From Podarcis muralis (Eukaryota), in assembly GCF_964188315.1 (NCBI RefSeq), contig NC_135667.1, positions 17,050,001-17,114,000 on the forward strand: a DNA stretch of 64,000 bases, written 5' to 3'. Positions 1-13,400 of the stretch are shown piece by piece. The translations under genes and the position numbers were made by a program. Each line of letters starts with the position of its first letter. Positions within the stretch are counted from its first letter, which is position 1. A model generated the notes under the pieces. It was not told where the DNA came from. It worked only from the letters and a program-made list of their open reading frames with translations, and did no database searches.

Positions 1-185
1 CCTTCCTTCTCCACCTCCCCACCGCCACCTCTGTATGCCTTGTGTGTGTGTGTGATGTCCCGCTTTTCCTTCTGGTGACCGACGACACTCCTGGTCCGTG
101 GCCATAACACCGAAATGTCTCCGGAGCTGGGACGACGCCTGACTCGCGGACTTCTAGAAATAAAAGAGAATCTATTTAAACATTG
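1..185 (+). other. Probable 3' UTR end of the upstream gene (ALDOA by synteny)
   Basis: AATAAA at 159-164 followed by CTATTTAA, after a TG-rich stretch. This resembles the end of the mammalian ALDOA 3' UTR as I recall it, and ALDOA precedes PPP4C on the same strand in mammals. No coding sequence is visible, so no symbol is assigned. Confidence 0.4.
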
Positions 186-375
186 CCAGGGTCTCTGTTG
201 TTCTTTCTTTCCCCCGCAGAGTTCTAGATGGAAAGTTTCATGCACACCATACCGAAAGATGTACAAGGAGCTGCATTGGGCTTATGTCCTGTTTTGCTCA
301 TTGTTGTTTACTCCAGGGATAGCCAATGAATGCAGTGCCTTCAATAGGTTGTGGACTGCCCCTCCTGTCGTAAGG

Positions 376-590
376 ACATAAGAAGCTGGTTCAGGCCAGG
401 GGCCCATCTGATCCAACATCCTGTTCTCAGTGGCCACCCAGATACCTGTGGGAAACCAGGCAGCAGGACCCCAGAGCACAAGAGCACTCTTCCCTCCTGT
501 GGTTTCCAGCAAGTGGTATTTAGAAGCATTTTCTGCCTCCAACCATTGAGGCAGATTATAGTTCGTTAGTAGCCATTGATAGCCCTCCCC
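376..590 (-). mobile_element. CR1-type LINE 3' end fragment
   Basis: ACATAAGAAG...GGCCCATCTGATCCAACATCCTGTTCTCAGTGGCCA is the reverse complement of a reptile CR1 3' terminus with a TTCTTATG tail. Confidence 0.55.
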
Positions 591-2449
591 TCCCTGACCA
601 CTGACCATGCTGGCCAGGGTTGATGGAGAGTATTTGTCCAAAACATCTGGAGAGCACCATGTTGAGTGGCAGATTGTGTCCCCCCCCCCACCTTGCCCTT
701 CTTTTTGAGAGTCTTAGAAGCCAGGGGCTTGAATCTCTTCTATATAGCTGTTCAGCTATGCTTCTTCCACTTAAATGACCTAGCTATCAAAGTGTGTGTC
801 TCCATTTCCCCCAGAAAAGCGTTGAGCAAAATAGTGGTGAAGACTGTAGATCATGGGAAGTAGCATCAAGGACTTTGCTGGTTAGCTTTTCTTAGAAGAA
901 GCCACATCAGTTTTTATTCACTGTACTGTACAGAAAATTGTTTCTGATCATGGATAGTTTGAGGAATTAATATGGGACGTAGAGGTGGAATTATTTGAAT
1001 ACTATTTAGATTACTGCTAATAATTCCTGTAATCTTTGGGAAGTGTGGATTATAGAAGATATTTTGCTTTGAGAAATACCAAGCATATTAACCTGGTAAT
1101 TCCATTGCAGCAGATTGGCTAGAGGCCTATAGAATAGGAGTATCGCATGCAAAAGGAACTTGAAAATATGGGTATACAGTACTGCAATGCTTTTAGTTGT
1201 ACTACATAGAACACAGCCCAATTTGCAATCAAATGGAGGGGGAAATGGATAGGATAGTCTTTAAGTGAAACAGGATTGATAAGATGTCTTATCTTTTTTA
1301 GTGGCTTGACCATAAACTCAGTTGGGTGTGCTAACAACCCCCAACCCTGTATCTCTAGGTTTTGAAAAGTGTTGGATATAGAACAAAGGGAGAGTCATCA
1401 GCTTGGACCATCCTCAGTAAATGCACAAATCAGGCTTTCGTGTGGTCTTGTAGTATATCACAGATCAAACTTAGCATAATGAGGGAAGCTATCATTTCCC
1501 AAGTCTGGGAAATGGCTATTTTGGTATCATGGACTACATCCTTTGACAGGGTGGTGGTGTCTTATTTCCCATTCAGCTAGGAAAATGCTCAATTGTCTCA
1601 AAGCACAAGTGCTAAGGGATGGAAGCTGCTGACAAATCTCTGGATTCAGCCAGAATAACAATTAACTTCTGCACAAGTGGATTTGATTTTCTCCAAATAT
1701 ATATGCTGGTCCAGTGTTTGGCTGGATTAGGACAGTACACGAGGGACACAGAAAATATAGAGCAGAAAAATAATTATGCGCATTTCGGGGGTCGTACATA
1801 TATCAAAGCTCGAGGACTAAGCAGCCCCCTTAAAGCCATAGCTCCGCCCCTTCGGCTGAAACCCTCTGGATCCACGGAACGCAGCGCTGCCTGCCCTGTT
1901 TAGACTCTGCTAACTCACACCCCAGGGGCTTCAGACGGAGCTCTTTCCTGCAACATAACAGCATTGATGGCCGGTAGGGTTGCAAATCATTCCGCTTTGG
2001 GGGTGGGGGCACTTTAAAATCACTTTCCCACCCGTCCCCGCATGGCTCATCACACCCTTCAACTGAGCTCCTCCAAGGCGCGCCCTCAGAAAATCAGGAG
2101 ACGCATCCTCGCCTCCATTTCAGGAGGCTCCCTCCCTCCAGCAGCTTCCGCCCGTGATACTGGGCCACTTCCAGACCGACATCCTTCTGCCTCCAAGATA
2201 CAGAGACACAGAGAGACCTTTTGGACTCCAACTCCCATCAGCCCCAGCCGGCAAGGCCGATGGCGACGAATGACGGGGGCTGTAGTCGAGCAGAACCTGA
2301 AGTCCCATAAGGTGGCCTCCAGCCACGTTTTCGTTCTCGACCCCCTTAGCTACGTGCAAACACCTTGTGAAGTGCTATCTAACTAATACAATGTTCATAT
2401 TTAAAAGGGATGCGCGTCAATTAAATAGTAATTGGGGGTGTTATTGGGT

Positions 2450-2560
2450 TATTGTTCTTATTTTGATTTTATATATTGTGATTATTTTTTTGTGAACGCC
2501 CTGAGACCTCCGGGTATAGGGCGGTATATATTCAAAAAATAAAATAAAATAAAATAAAAA
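2450..2560 (+). mobile_element. L2-clade LINE 3' tail fragment
   Basis: TGTGAACGCCCTGAGACCTCCGGGTATAGGGCGGTATATA followed by an (AAAAT)n tail. Confidence 0.5.
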
Positions 2561-3250
2561 GGTTTTCCCCCCCCCACGATTTCCGTCACTTCCGGCGGAG
2601 TGTCAGCGGCGCCTTTTAAACCCCAGCATGGCCGGCATACTTTTTCCGCCCCGCCCCGCCCTTTTTCGTCACATCCGATGAGTCAAGGTCCCGCCCCTTC
2701 AAAGGGATAGCGGAGAGAAGCCCCGCCTCACCTGCGCCCGTTCTTGGTCCTAGAAGGAAGCGGAAGTGACGTCCAGCGCCCAGTAGTTGGTGGGAGAGCC
2801 GGAAAGAGAGAGGGGGAGGGGCCGGGCCCGGGAGCCGGAGGGAGCCGCGGAGCAGCCGCCACCGTCGCCGCCGCCGCTACCGGGACCCCAGGTAGACGCC
2901 CGGGAGGTGGGGCGTCCGCGGGGGGAGGGGGAGGCGTCCTTTCCTTTGGCTCCTGGCCGCGGGCGGGGGCGCCGGGGAAAGTTGGTTGCCATAGAGACAG
3001 CAGCCCGTGGGGTCGGGAGGGGGAAGAGGGGAGAGTTGTCACCTGGAGGGAGGCTCTGGGCGCTTTTCACAAGCGAGAGGGCCAGAGCTTCCTGGGGGAG
3101 CGGGGCTGGTGGGGCCCATGAGGAGGAGGAGGGAAAAAGAGGGGCTTCTCTCCCCTCAAGCTCATGGAGGGGGCAGGCGTCGCCCTCTCTTGGGGGTGCC
3201 CAACTTCGTGGAGTGAGGTGTTTTATGTTCCCCCCCCCGAAAGGAGGGCG
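2560..3250 (+). promoter_or_regulatory. PPP4C CpG-island promoter and non-coding exon 1
   Basis: CpG-rich. ETS site CACTTCCGG 2587-2595, GC boxes about 2646-2660, AP-1 TGAGTCA 2679-2685, ETS-CRE composite CGGAAGTGACGT 2761-2772, candidate donor CCAG|GTAGAC at 2891/2892, X-box-like GTTGCCATAGAGAC 2985-2998. Confidence 0.8.
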
Positions 3251-3938
3251 TTTTGGAAAGGGATGGGCGTGGGGTGGAAGGTGGCCCTTCTGAGGGTGCG
3301 AGGGAATACAGCAAGTAGCAGCTGGCTGAGTAGGTTTTATTAACTGGCTTGATTTCTTTATATGCAAATTTCCCTTTGCCCTTTTAATGGCGAGTTCAGG
3401 GGATATGGGCTCATTTAGAAGCGTGAGGGGGGCAGAGAAGCAAAGATGGGTGCCATGATGGGAAGATCTTAGAGACCTATAGGGTGGCATTGTCATGGTA
3501 ACAGGAGGTAGTTGGTCATGCTCTGCTCTCTCCTTTGATGTGACTCATCATTCTTTATCTTAAAAAGTTCTGGGTATCATTGGGCAAAGAGATCAGATAG
3601 TGAGGTGAGCTTTTTGAATGAGGTGGTTGGGTGGAGGCACCTTCTCGTTACTGTTGGATAAGAAAGATGGAAAAGGTGGGAACTTTTTCCTAGGAGATAA
3701 TCTGCTCACTCTGTTGGTGTTGAAAAGAAGTCCTGGGACGCAACATAAAGATTTCACCACCCTCTCCCCTCAGATAACAGAAGTGTGTAGAACAATGATC
3801 ATTGTTTTTATAACAATGCTTTTTATTTTACTGCCTTCCAAATCTATACTGTATTGCCTTTTCAGTGTATGAGGCACAGTTTGCACAAATCTTTGGAGAA
3901 GCTTGAAAGAGAATGCCTCTGATACCAACAACTTCATA

Positions 3939-4268
3939 CAGTGGTGCCTCGCAAGACAAAATTAATTCGTTCTGCGATTTTTTTCGTCTTGCGAAGCACG
4001 GTGTCGGGAAAGTTTTGGAAAAGCTTCAGAAATCACCAAAGTCTTTAAAAACCTCATAAAAGGCTACCACACTATGAGTTGCTCCTCAAAGTCAAGTCGC
4101 AACTGTATTAACGGTGTTAAGAAAAAGGAAACAAACTTGCAAGACGTTTCCGTCTTGTGAAGCAAGCCCATAGGGAAAATCGTCTTGCGAAGCAGCTCAA
4201 AAAACAAAAAACCCTTTCGTCTAGCGAGTTTTCCATCTTGCGAGGCATTCGTCTTGAGAGGTACCACT
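3939..4268. mobile_element. Tc1/mariner (Tigger/pogo-like) MITE in PPP4C intron 1
   Basis: TA|CAGTGGTGCCTCGCAAGAC at the left and GTCTTGAGAGGTACCACT at the right form terminal inverted repeats. Confidence 0.75.
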
Positions 4269-4451
4269 ATTATCAGAGGGTCTGAAGGCATAGTCCCTTC
4301 CAGCACTTTTTAGTAATACACATATATAAATATAATCCATCTTGGGTTTAATTCACTTTCTTATTTGTTTTTGTTTTGTTACAGTGTGTGAAGTTTCTCC
4401 CAGTGTTTCTTTACAGGTGCTTCAGAGTAGTATAAGGGGTTTACTATATAG

Positions 4452-4575
4452 ATCAGCCTCCCCTAACCTGGTGTCCTCCAGATGTTTTGGTCTCCTATCA
4501 GCCTCAGCCAGCTTGACCAATAGAAATTATAGTCCAGCAAAATTTGGAGAGCACCAGCTTGGGGAAAGCTGATGT
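4452..4575. mobile_element. Decayed palindromic hAT-type MITE
   Basis: CAGCCTCCCCTAACCTGGTGTCCTCCAGATGTTTTGG ... CCAGCAAAATTTGGAGAGCACCAGCTTGGGGAAAGCTG are inverted ends of the abundant squamate MITE family also seen at 23379-23516. Confidence 0.6.
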
Positions 4576-4814
4576 AGATTATAAGTCTCTCCCTTACTGA
4601 TATTCCTTGTGATTCTTCCTATAATAGTAGGAAACAATATAGAGCTGAGGGGCTGTTATTTGACTTTTACTCTCATCCTTTTTGATGGAAATATTTTCTG
4701 GGTGTATGTGCTCGATTCTTTCCCCCCATTGTCATCAAATGTGTATGCCTTGATGTTAAATGTTAATTTTTTTAAAAAAAGTTGACTGCAATTCTATTCC
4801 TACAAGGGGGCAAG

Positions 4815-7800
4815 ATGGCCGAAATCAGTGACCTTGATCGTCAGATTGAGCAGTTGCGGCGCTGTGAGCTCATCAAGGAGAGCGAGGTCAAAGCCCTCTG
4901 TGCCAAGGCCAGGTGAGTGCTGCCTGACATCTATAAGAATACCTGTTCTAAGACTGTAAAATGCAGCCAATTACGGTGTAGAGTGTCTGTGTGAGACACA
5001 TTTCCTTTTCTTTCTCTGCAGAGAGATCTTGGTGGAAGAAAGCAACGTCCAGAGAGTAGATTCCCCAGTAACAGTGAGTCTTGTTTTTTAGCGAATGTTC
5101 ATCAGTGTTTGGGGACTCAAATGCTGGCAGCAATAACACCTGAACTTTTTATTTTATCCTTTTAAAAAAATTGCTGTCACAAGGTGTTTTACAAATAAGA
5201 AATTGAAACATGCTGCTGATTTAATTTTTTAAAAAACATCCTTTGAAGCAGGTTGAGGGAGGCCAAAGGTGACTTTCCACGACACTATCTGGCCTCAGAA
5301 CTATTCCATATGCCATGTTACTGTGTAATATCCTCATGTGTTTTTGCTTCAATTGGAACATGTGCTTGAAATGTAATCATGTCTCTTTCCTGGATGGAAA
5401 TTTGGTGTGTGTCTGCGTAGGTGTACAAACCTCTTGAGTTTTGCCTGACTGGAATGTAGTCTTGTATAAGAGGTACAAGTCACAGCTGTTTCTCCATCCA
5501 TTTCTGCCTTTGGCCTCATTCCCTACTAGCAGGCAGAAACTGGACACAGGCCAACAGTGGAATGTGAACAAGGTTCTCCTCTCTTGCCTTAATGAATGAA
5601 CAGTAACAGCAGAAAAAGAATATCAAAACACCTCACCTGGATTCTTCTGAAAGTTCCAAAGTTCTTTTGAATAAGAGGAATGACAAAGGGAACACATATT
5701 TCCCTGGGGGTGTAGTTTCAAGAATGTTTTGCTGTCACCAAAATGCCATGCCCCTGCCTATCTAGCTCTTACTGGTGGGCAGAGAGAAGGGCCTTGGTCT
5801 TTCAGATACACTGGACTAGGTATGATAGTAGTATTAGCCACCTTGAGAACATTAAAGAGTTCCATATTCTTTCCAGGTTTGTGGGGATATCCATGGCCAG
5901 TTCTATGACCTTAAAGAGCTCTTCAGGGTGAGTACTGCTCAGCCATCCAATTCCAGTGCCCAATTTCAGCTTTCAAGCTCTCCTGGGACAATATATTTAC
6001 ATGCCCTTTCTTTCTCTCCTGCAGGTGGGTGGTGATGTGCCTGAGACCAACTATCTCTTCATGGGTGACTTTGTCGACCGTGGCTTCTACAGTGTTGAAA
6101 CATTCTTGCTACTGCTGGCGCTCAAGGTTAGGAACGACCGTTGCCCCTCATGAATCCAAGGATGCTTTCCTTGTTCTACCTGAATAGAGATGCTGGGAAT
6201 TATGGGTTATATAACATTTCCATGTCTGTGGTCTATGCCGGTTTGGTTGTTTTCTCTTACAGGTCCGGTACCCTGACAGGATCACCCTGATCCGTGGCAA
6301 CCATGAGAGCAGACAGATCACCCAGGTATATGGCTTTTATGATGAGTGCCTGAGGAAATACGGCTCTGTCACCGTTTGGCGCTACTGCACTGAGATCTTT
6401 GACTACCTCAGCCTCTCTGCTATCATTGATGGCAAGGTAAGCATGCTGTGTGTGTTTATGATGGTAGGAGTATTTGAGAAAGAGTGTGTGCACCCCATCA
6501 CTGTGTGCAGGGCTTTCCAGAGTACTAGAGGCCCTGTTCTTGTGGCAAGGGCCTTACAGCCTAAAAGAACACTTAGGTTTTCTGGTGTGAGAATAGAGTG
6601 CAACAGTTAGACTAAAGTGGGAAGACAACAGCATGAGTTTTAATGTGGTGGGCAGGGAGGTGCTGTTTGGCCCTAGAACTTCTACATGCAGCTTTCCAAA
6701 TGCACACATTCCTTTTCTGTTGCAGATTTTCTGTGTCCATGGTGGTCTGTCCCCATCCATCCAGACACTGGACCAGATTCGAACGATAGATCGCAAACAG
6801 GAGGTTCCTCATGATGGTCCCATGTGTGATCTTCTTTGGTCTGACCCTGAAGGTATATTTGTGCATGGAGTGGGGTGGTTTTGTGTATGTGTGTGCGCGC
6901 CATGCATGGAGAAAGGAATCTTTGCGTGTTGCATCTGGTTAAGATGGTAATAGTATTTGTTCCAGGAAAAGTTTAATAGGTTAAACAGTATTAGGAGTAG
7001 AGCGTACCAGGAAGAGCCGTGTAGCCCAAGTAGAAGAGCGTTGAGCCTTTAATTCTGACTTAAAATTGCACTGAAACCGAAAGAGGCGGAGTCTGTTACC
7101 AAGAGGTCCCCAGCAACTTTGATCTGACCTTATACTTCTGTACAAGCTGCTAAAGAGAGATCACAATTGATACGATGGAGTTCTGAGCACTCCGTGGAAC
7201 TTATTTAATGAATCTGTCCTGTGTTTTTAGTTCTTTATGTTGTAAGGGAATGAATAGGGTCTCACTTATTGGAAGGCAGAGGATGCTATAGTCTCTGTGG
7301 GTTTAATGCCCGATAAACTGCACAGTGAGCTAAAGGAATATTTGTTTATTTGTTTTTGTTTTAAAGCTTCTATTTCTTTTACTGCTTAATGCAGCATTCC
7401 AAAAAATCTCTAAAACAAGAACCTTTGAGTCTTTGATCTAAAGAAGATCAGGTATTTTCTGCCCCCATCGTTTCATCTCACTCTGGTTCTTTTTAAAAGG
7501 GGTTGACTGGTAAAAATGGACGTGGAGCAGCCCAAGGTGGGTGGGGTGAGGGCTTTATATGAAATCCTACCTCTTGGCCAATTGCTGATCAGCTTTGTTC
7601 TATAAGTTCATCAAGAGCAGCTGCCCTTTCCCCTAGTCGATCATGCCTGGTACTTTGTTTCCTTTGTGTCGTAAGCCCAGCTTTTCTGTCCTTTGCAGAT
7701 ACCACAGGCTGGGGGGTGAGCCCACGAGGTGCTGGCTACTTATTCGGCAGCGACGTGGTGGCGCAATTCAACGCGGCAAATGACATTGACATGATCTGTC

Positions 7801-8196
7801 GAGCGCATCAGCTGGTCATGGAGGGGTACAAGTGGCACTTCAACGAAACAGTTCTTACTGTGTGGTCAGCTCCCAACTACTGCTACCGGTGAGGAGACAG
7901 AAGGGACGGGTGTGGAATAGCGGGCAGATATGGCAAGCCTAGCACTGTGTACCGTTTGAGCTGTGTGGCATATAGGAGGGATTGCAGGGTCAGTCTGGGT
8001 GGAAGGGTGGCATTGATGAAACTGGAGGCATCCCATTGTGACCCTTCTCCTCTGCTCTGCACACAGCTGTGGGAATGTGGCAGCCATCCTGGAACTGGAT
8101 GAACACCTTCAGAAGGAATTTATCATCTTTGAAGCTGCCCCCCAAGAAACTCGAGGCATCCCGTCTAAGAAGCCTGTTGCGGACTACTTCCTGTGA
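4815..8196 (+). CDS. PPP4C: Serine/threonine-protein phosphatase 4 catalytic subunit, 307 aa
   Basis: Exons 4815-4912, 5022-5073, 5877-5927, 6025-6126, 6263-6436, 6726-6852, 7699-7888, 8067-8196 (924 nt, all GT-AG). Translation [36 protein letters not shown]..., PPP motifs GDIHG, GDFVDRG, RGNHE, C-terminus KKPVADYFL*. Confidence 0.98.
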
Positions 8197-9613
8197 ATGC
8201 TTCCTTCCATCTCCCCCCACCCTCCCCTCGTGCGGCTTCTGTTTTTCTTGTCCTGGCTGGGGTGGGCAGCCTATTTGAAGTTTGGCAGGGTTCAGGTCTC
8301 TTCTCCCCCTCCGCCCCGCCCCATTCCCCTTGCCCAATAAACCCTCCGTTCTGGACCCCTTAGACTGAATTGGCCATCTTTTTCCACACTACTGAATTAC
8401 AGTCAGTCGCTTTATAGTCTCTTCAGGGCTGCCCTAGTTTTTATTCTCCGCCCGAAACACATTTTTGGGACCTCTGGTCATTGAAAAACCTAGAACTCTG
8501 TTGATCTCGGATCACTCCAGGCGAAACGGGGGGAAAAGGTCAACCCAGAAATGGAGAGAAGCTGTAGATCTTCAGAGTTCTATGGTTTCCTAAGGGCGCA
8601 GCTGACAGCCTCCCAGCCTAGTTCTCTAGCTCATCTGCAGTGCGACTGGAAATTATTTATAGAGGATGTATCAGATGGAGAGAACTGGACTTGGAAATGA
8701 AGAAGAAACCAGTGACCAAAGAATATCTGCAACTGTTAGGAGGATGAGGTCTCTGGACTAGTTCTCTGCTTCTGCGTCACTTAGGTGCTTCCTGGTTTAA
8801 CTCTCTTTTTAAACAAAAATATTTTTACTTTTTGGTCAGCTGATCTTTGAACTCTGGTTTTGGTGCCATTCCATAGCATTTAAGCAGAGAATAGGAAGTG
8901 CTTCAAACCTTGCTGTGTCTGGTTGCTGGAAGACCTAGAACGGTGGTTTCTTCGCACTTCGGTGTATAGTCTGCTTGAGCTACATGGAATAGATGAACAT
9001 AGACTGGGAAGTGGTTCCTCTGTGTGCCGCCATATCTCATTCCCACTTTCCTCAAACATCTATTGGCCACTGGAAGGTTAAACTGTCCCCACCTTTTTGC
9101 CAGACTTTGCAAAAAAATTAATAAAATTAAAATAAAGTAGACTTTCTGGTCACTGGAGGATGCAAATGCTTTATGAAATCCATTTAAATTTTTTTGTGGT
9201 GGATTTATTAAATGTATTATTGGCAAATCTATATCCTGTTTATCCCCCTCCCTGCCGCTCCTTCTCCTTGAGTGGGGAGACTGGGACCATATCACGCTAG
9301 TGAATTTGACCAATGGGGCGTGTTCTCTGTCTCTCTCCATCCCTCCATATCCTACCCCCTGTGGGGTTGGTGTATCCAAATCCCACCCACCACAGGGTCA
9401 AAATCTCCCACCCCCTCCCCTTTATTCCTGGGAAGGGATACTCACATTCAATCCAGATATCTACTTAGAGTTAGAAGGGGAAGGTGGAACTTCCTGCCAC
9501 TTTTCTTACGTCTAGGAGTGCTTTCCCCTCCGATGATCTGTCTCTTGCTCTAATTTTATTTTGTTTTCATTTTGGGTTTTTTCCTATTTACAACTTTTAG
9601 ATAAAAAAATTCT

Positions 9614-9619
9614 AATAAA
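9614..9619 (+). terminator. PPP4C distal polyadenylation signal (AATAAA)
   Basis: AATAAA in TTCTAATAAAA after a U-rich 3' UTR end. Proximal AATAAA copies also occur at 8336 and 9131. Confidence 0.6.
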
Positions 9620-9835
9620 ACTAAAAAAAATTATGACATTTTGTACATTGCGTATTTCTGTGACCACATGGTTTGTGAGCAGGGTGCATGTTGAATGCTG
9701 CCAGATCCTGGGCAGAAATATCTGTGTAGGTGTCCGCCTTGTCATTCCTTACCTCCCAAACCTGCTTGGCTCCTGCAAAGAGTGGAGGATGAGATGAGCT
9801 CCGTAATTTCACTGTTGGGGAGTGTTTCCACTTCC

Positions 9836-9841
9836 TTTATT
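9836..9841 (-). terminator. TBX6 candidate polyadenylation signal (AATAAA on minus)
   Basis: TTTATT on plus, about 570 nt downstream of the TBX6 stop codon. Confidence 0.5.
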
Positions 9842-10405
9842 GAGTTGAAGCTGACAGAATATATGGTCAAGCAATCTTCACGGCCTTCAATCATGCCACA
9901 GGGAGAATCTGTCTACCACGGAGCTTGTTATCTAATATATGATACTACTAGTTCCTACATTTTTTACAAACGAGTTTCTCACTTGATGGTGCTGCTTCTC
10001 GAGGCAGGTTGGTGCTACACACACCCATCAATACTTCCTGCCCCAAAACTGTGCTCTGCAACTGAGAACTGCCCCAATTTATTTAACCTGTTTTGGTGAG
10101 ATGTCTTAAAAGGATCTGCTGAAGCCTTCTGACGTATAACTTAAAACCAGTCAAGCTGTCTGGCAGAGCAGAAATCTAGGCTGGAATTTCAGAATTCTAG
10201 CTTGCTTAAATATGTCATGGAAGAAAACAGACGTACACTATGTTATGACCTTAAAAATGTTTAATTATAAGACAGGCAGGATACAGACAAGTTTACCCTT
10301 CCCAACATGGACAGTAATAAAGAAACAGGGAAAGCCATGAAATCTAGCAGGGGAAACAGAATACCTAGAAGACATGAATTCCAGGGTTTGTGGGAGGAGC
10401 AAGAG

Positions 10406-13400
10406 TTAGAGCATAGGTGGCTGAGAGCCAGGATAGCCAGAGGGTGGCCCATAGACGCGAGGTGGAGGTGGGTAGGGTGCGAAGCTGAATTTGAAAGGGG
10501 GAAAGGAAGAGGTATCTGGAGGTTCTGTTCCCCCAAGGAAAGGAATAATATCCAGCCCATTCCAACTCGCCGGGAGCATAGGTCTGAAATCAGATTGCTC
10601 GGGAGGTGACTTGGTAGTTGGGGATGATGGAGGAGCTGCCATTTCTTGACTTGGGCTGTGGGGGAAAGATGAGGGGTAAGTCAAACACTGATAAAAGTGC
10701 AGGTGGCCCCCCCTTGAGTGGCTTGACATGACCAACCTTCCAACTGTGTGTATCTGCCCAACGACGCCTCCCCACAGACAGCTATAGTTTTTCTGTATGC
10801 TACTGGTTCTAGCTTCCCCATAGATAATGCTACAGCCCTGAATATCTTTTCTGCATCCTCGTCTTGCATATTCTTCCTGTTAAATGTCATTGTGCAGGAC
10901 GTTGGCCACAGTAATCAGTACGTGGTTAATTCTGGTTCTGCCACAGAATGGCCTTGGTAAGGGCCAAACACCTTTCTCAGTTAGCGATTTCTGCACTGGG
11001 TTGGGTTCAAGAGTAAGATTGGGTGATGAAGGATGCTTAACATTCAAATCTTGTGAATAATCAGAGTCTCCGCCATTGCATGCAGCTGGTGACAATTTGT
11101 GGCTGCTCTCTGTTACGGATCAAGCACTAGCATAAGAAAGTGGTGTTTCCTCACTAAAGGCTGCAGGTTATCTATTTGTGTAGGTTTTTAAGAGATTGCT
11201 CCAGTGGCTTTTTTCATCATGGGCATAACACTTGCTTTGTAACTTGCTTTACAACTGTATCTTCCAGTAAGTTAAATGTTGGTTAGCAGCTACTCTGGTA
11301 TGTCAGGCAGACTTCTACTTTTAAAAGTTTTCAACTAGCACACGTACATTTATTTGTTCAACACACCAAAAAAAAAGGGGGGGGGAGTGGGGAACATCAC
11401 AGCTGGTAGCCAACTGCTAACTAGAGAGGGCAACACCTATTTTCAGACTAAAAAGCAAAGTGAACATACAAATATGCTAAAGACATTTCCCTCCCCCCAG
11501 AAGCCTCTTGGCACTTGTAATGCCCTGGAGCCAAGGTGGCCATGATAGTGCCCTGCTGATATTACTGAACTCCCATCTCCCATCAGCCCCAGTCAGCATG
11601 GCCAATGGTCAGTGAGGAGGGAAGTTGTAGACCATAGCATATGGAGGGCACCATGTTGGCTAATGTTTAGAGTACAGTGGTACCTCAGGTTACAGACGCT
11701 TCAGGTTACAGACTCGGCTAACCCAGAAATAGTACCTTGGGTTAAGAACTTTGCTTCAGGATGAGAACAGAAATCACATGGTGGTGGCGCGGCGGCAGCG
11801 GGAGGCCCCACTAGCTAAAGTGGTACCTCAGGTTAAGAACAGTTTCAGGTTAAGAACGGACCTCCGGAATGAATTAAGTTCTTAACTTGAGGTACCACTG
11901 TACAGCGCAGTCTTTGCCAGGTGCAGCTGCAGCAATTCTCAAAGTAAAATTTGGACAATGGGCACATAGAATCATAGAAGTGTTGAGTTGGAAGGGACCA
12001 TGAGGGCCCTCTGCAATTCAGGAATCTTTTGTGCAACATGGGGCTGAAACCCACAACCCTGAGAATAAGAGTCTTGTGCTCTACTGACTTGTTTTCAGTG
12101 CCACGATGTAGCTGTAGATAATTCCAGTTACAGTGGTACCTTGGTTCTCGAACTTACTCCGTTCCAGAAGTCCGTTCGTGCCATAAAAAGGAAAAAGTGC
12201 CCATTGCCAAGTGGTGGTTTGTTTGTTTTTTGTTTCCTCTGGCAAAAATTCTTCAACATATTAGGCGTGGCAAGAAATCAGAGCACTTCAAATTATTGCC
12301 TGGGTATCTTAAATGCTGTGTGGGTGCTTTCAAATCAGCCCTACCCCTCTAAAAACATTTATACCTCTTTATACCCTAGGACAGGGTTTATTCAATTGCA
12401 AAGGAAACCTGAACACCAGGGGTGATTCAGATCACCCAGGGATGCTCCACGCTTATTTTACAAAGGCAGAAGTTTGGCAACACAGCTCCAGAACTCGGGG
12501 AATGTGACATGGCTGGCTCACCTGCCGTAGGGTGAGGGTGCCCCCCGCAAGCCATGGAAGGCGGCTGGGTGCTGCACATAAGCCTCTGCTCCGTTGGGAT
12601 TGATCCCTGCAGGGGGGTAGAAGGAGCAAGAAGGGTGTGGAAGCGCAGGTGGTGGCTGTTGCTCCAGAGGTGTCTCCTCTGTCAAGGTGGAGTCGCAGGG
12701 GCCTTTCTTGCTCTCTAGGCGGAGGCGAAGTGCAGGTAGGGAAGGAAAAGCAGGCAGAAGGTTATATAATGGGAAAGGGGAATAATAAAACAGGATTCGT
12801 ATGGATTTAGAAAGCACATAAATGTGGCATAGGAGGGAGTGAACCTCTAGGGACATATACAACTTTAAAAAATAAAATCTAAAATAACAGGTTCTCTGGA
12901 ATGTCTGAAATAAAGAGGGAATTCATTATAGTACCTGGGGTTGTGACCTTTTCAGGTATGGGCCCACTAGCAAGTTTGTGCTATCAGGGCAGAGCAGGGT
13001 GAGATTGTAATTGTGGGGAAAGACAATTCAGAGGAGGCAAAAATATGAAACAACAGGTATAATTTAATGAGTTATAGGACTTGGGTTGAGGGAAGTGATG
13101 GGATGTTGTGGCGGGGGTCGCAAAAGTCAAGCAGTGAAAGGAAGCAAAAGGTGGCAATTTTATGTGACATTGTAAGACATGGATATACATAGGGCAGTGA
13201 GTAGCTACGGAGTTAAGGATGGTGAGGAGGCCCACAGAGTATCCACTTAAATGATCCTCACTTTGTTTAATGATGTCTGGAGAGAAATGTTGTGTTTTGC
13301 TTTTAAATCGGTGGAAGGAGACAGAGACCATACAATGTCTTATGAAGCTAAGCGACAGAATAAGGTATGTTTGTTTCGCTTACCATTTCCCCCCATGTTG

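Noticed and set aside
2728-3496. Overlapping 100-250 aa ORFs on both strands
   Set aside because: They are stop-poor frames produced by the GC-rich PPP4C CpG island, with low-complexity Pro/Gly/Ala content and no recognisable domain.
7015-7070. tRNA-like stretch GCCGTGTAGCCCAAGTAGAAGAGCGTTGAGCC in a PPP4C intron
   Set aside because: No B box or T-arm and no acceptor-stem pairing. At best a decayed SINE head. No convincing snoRNA boxes either.
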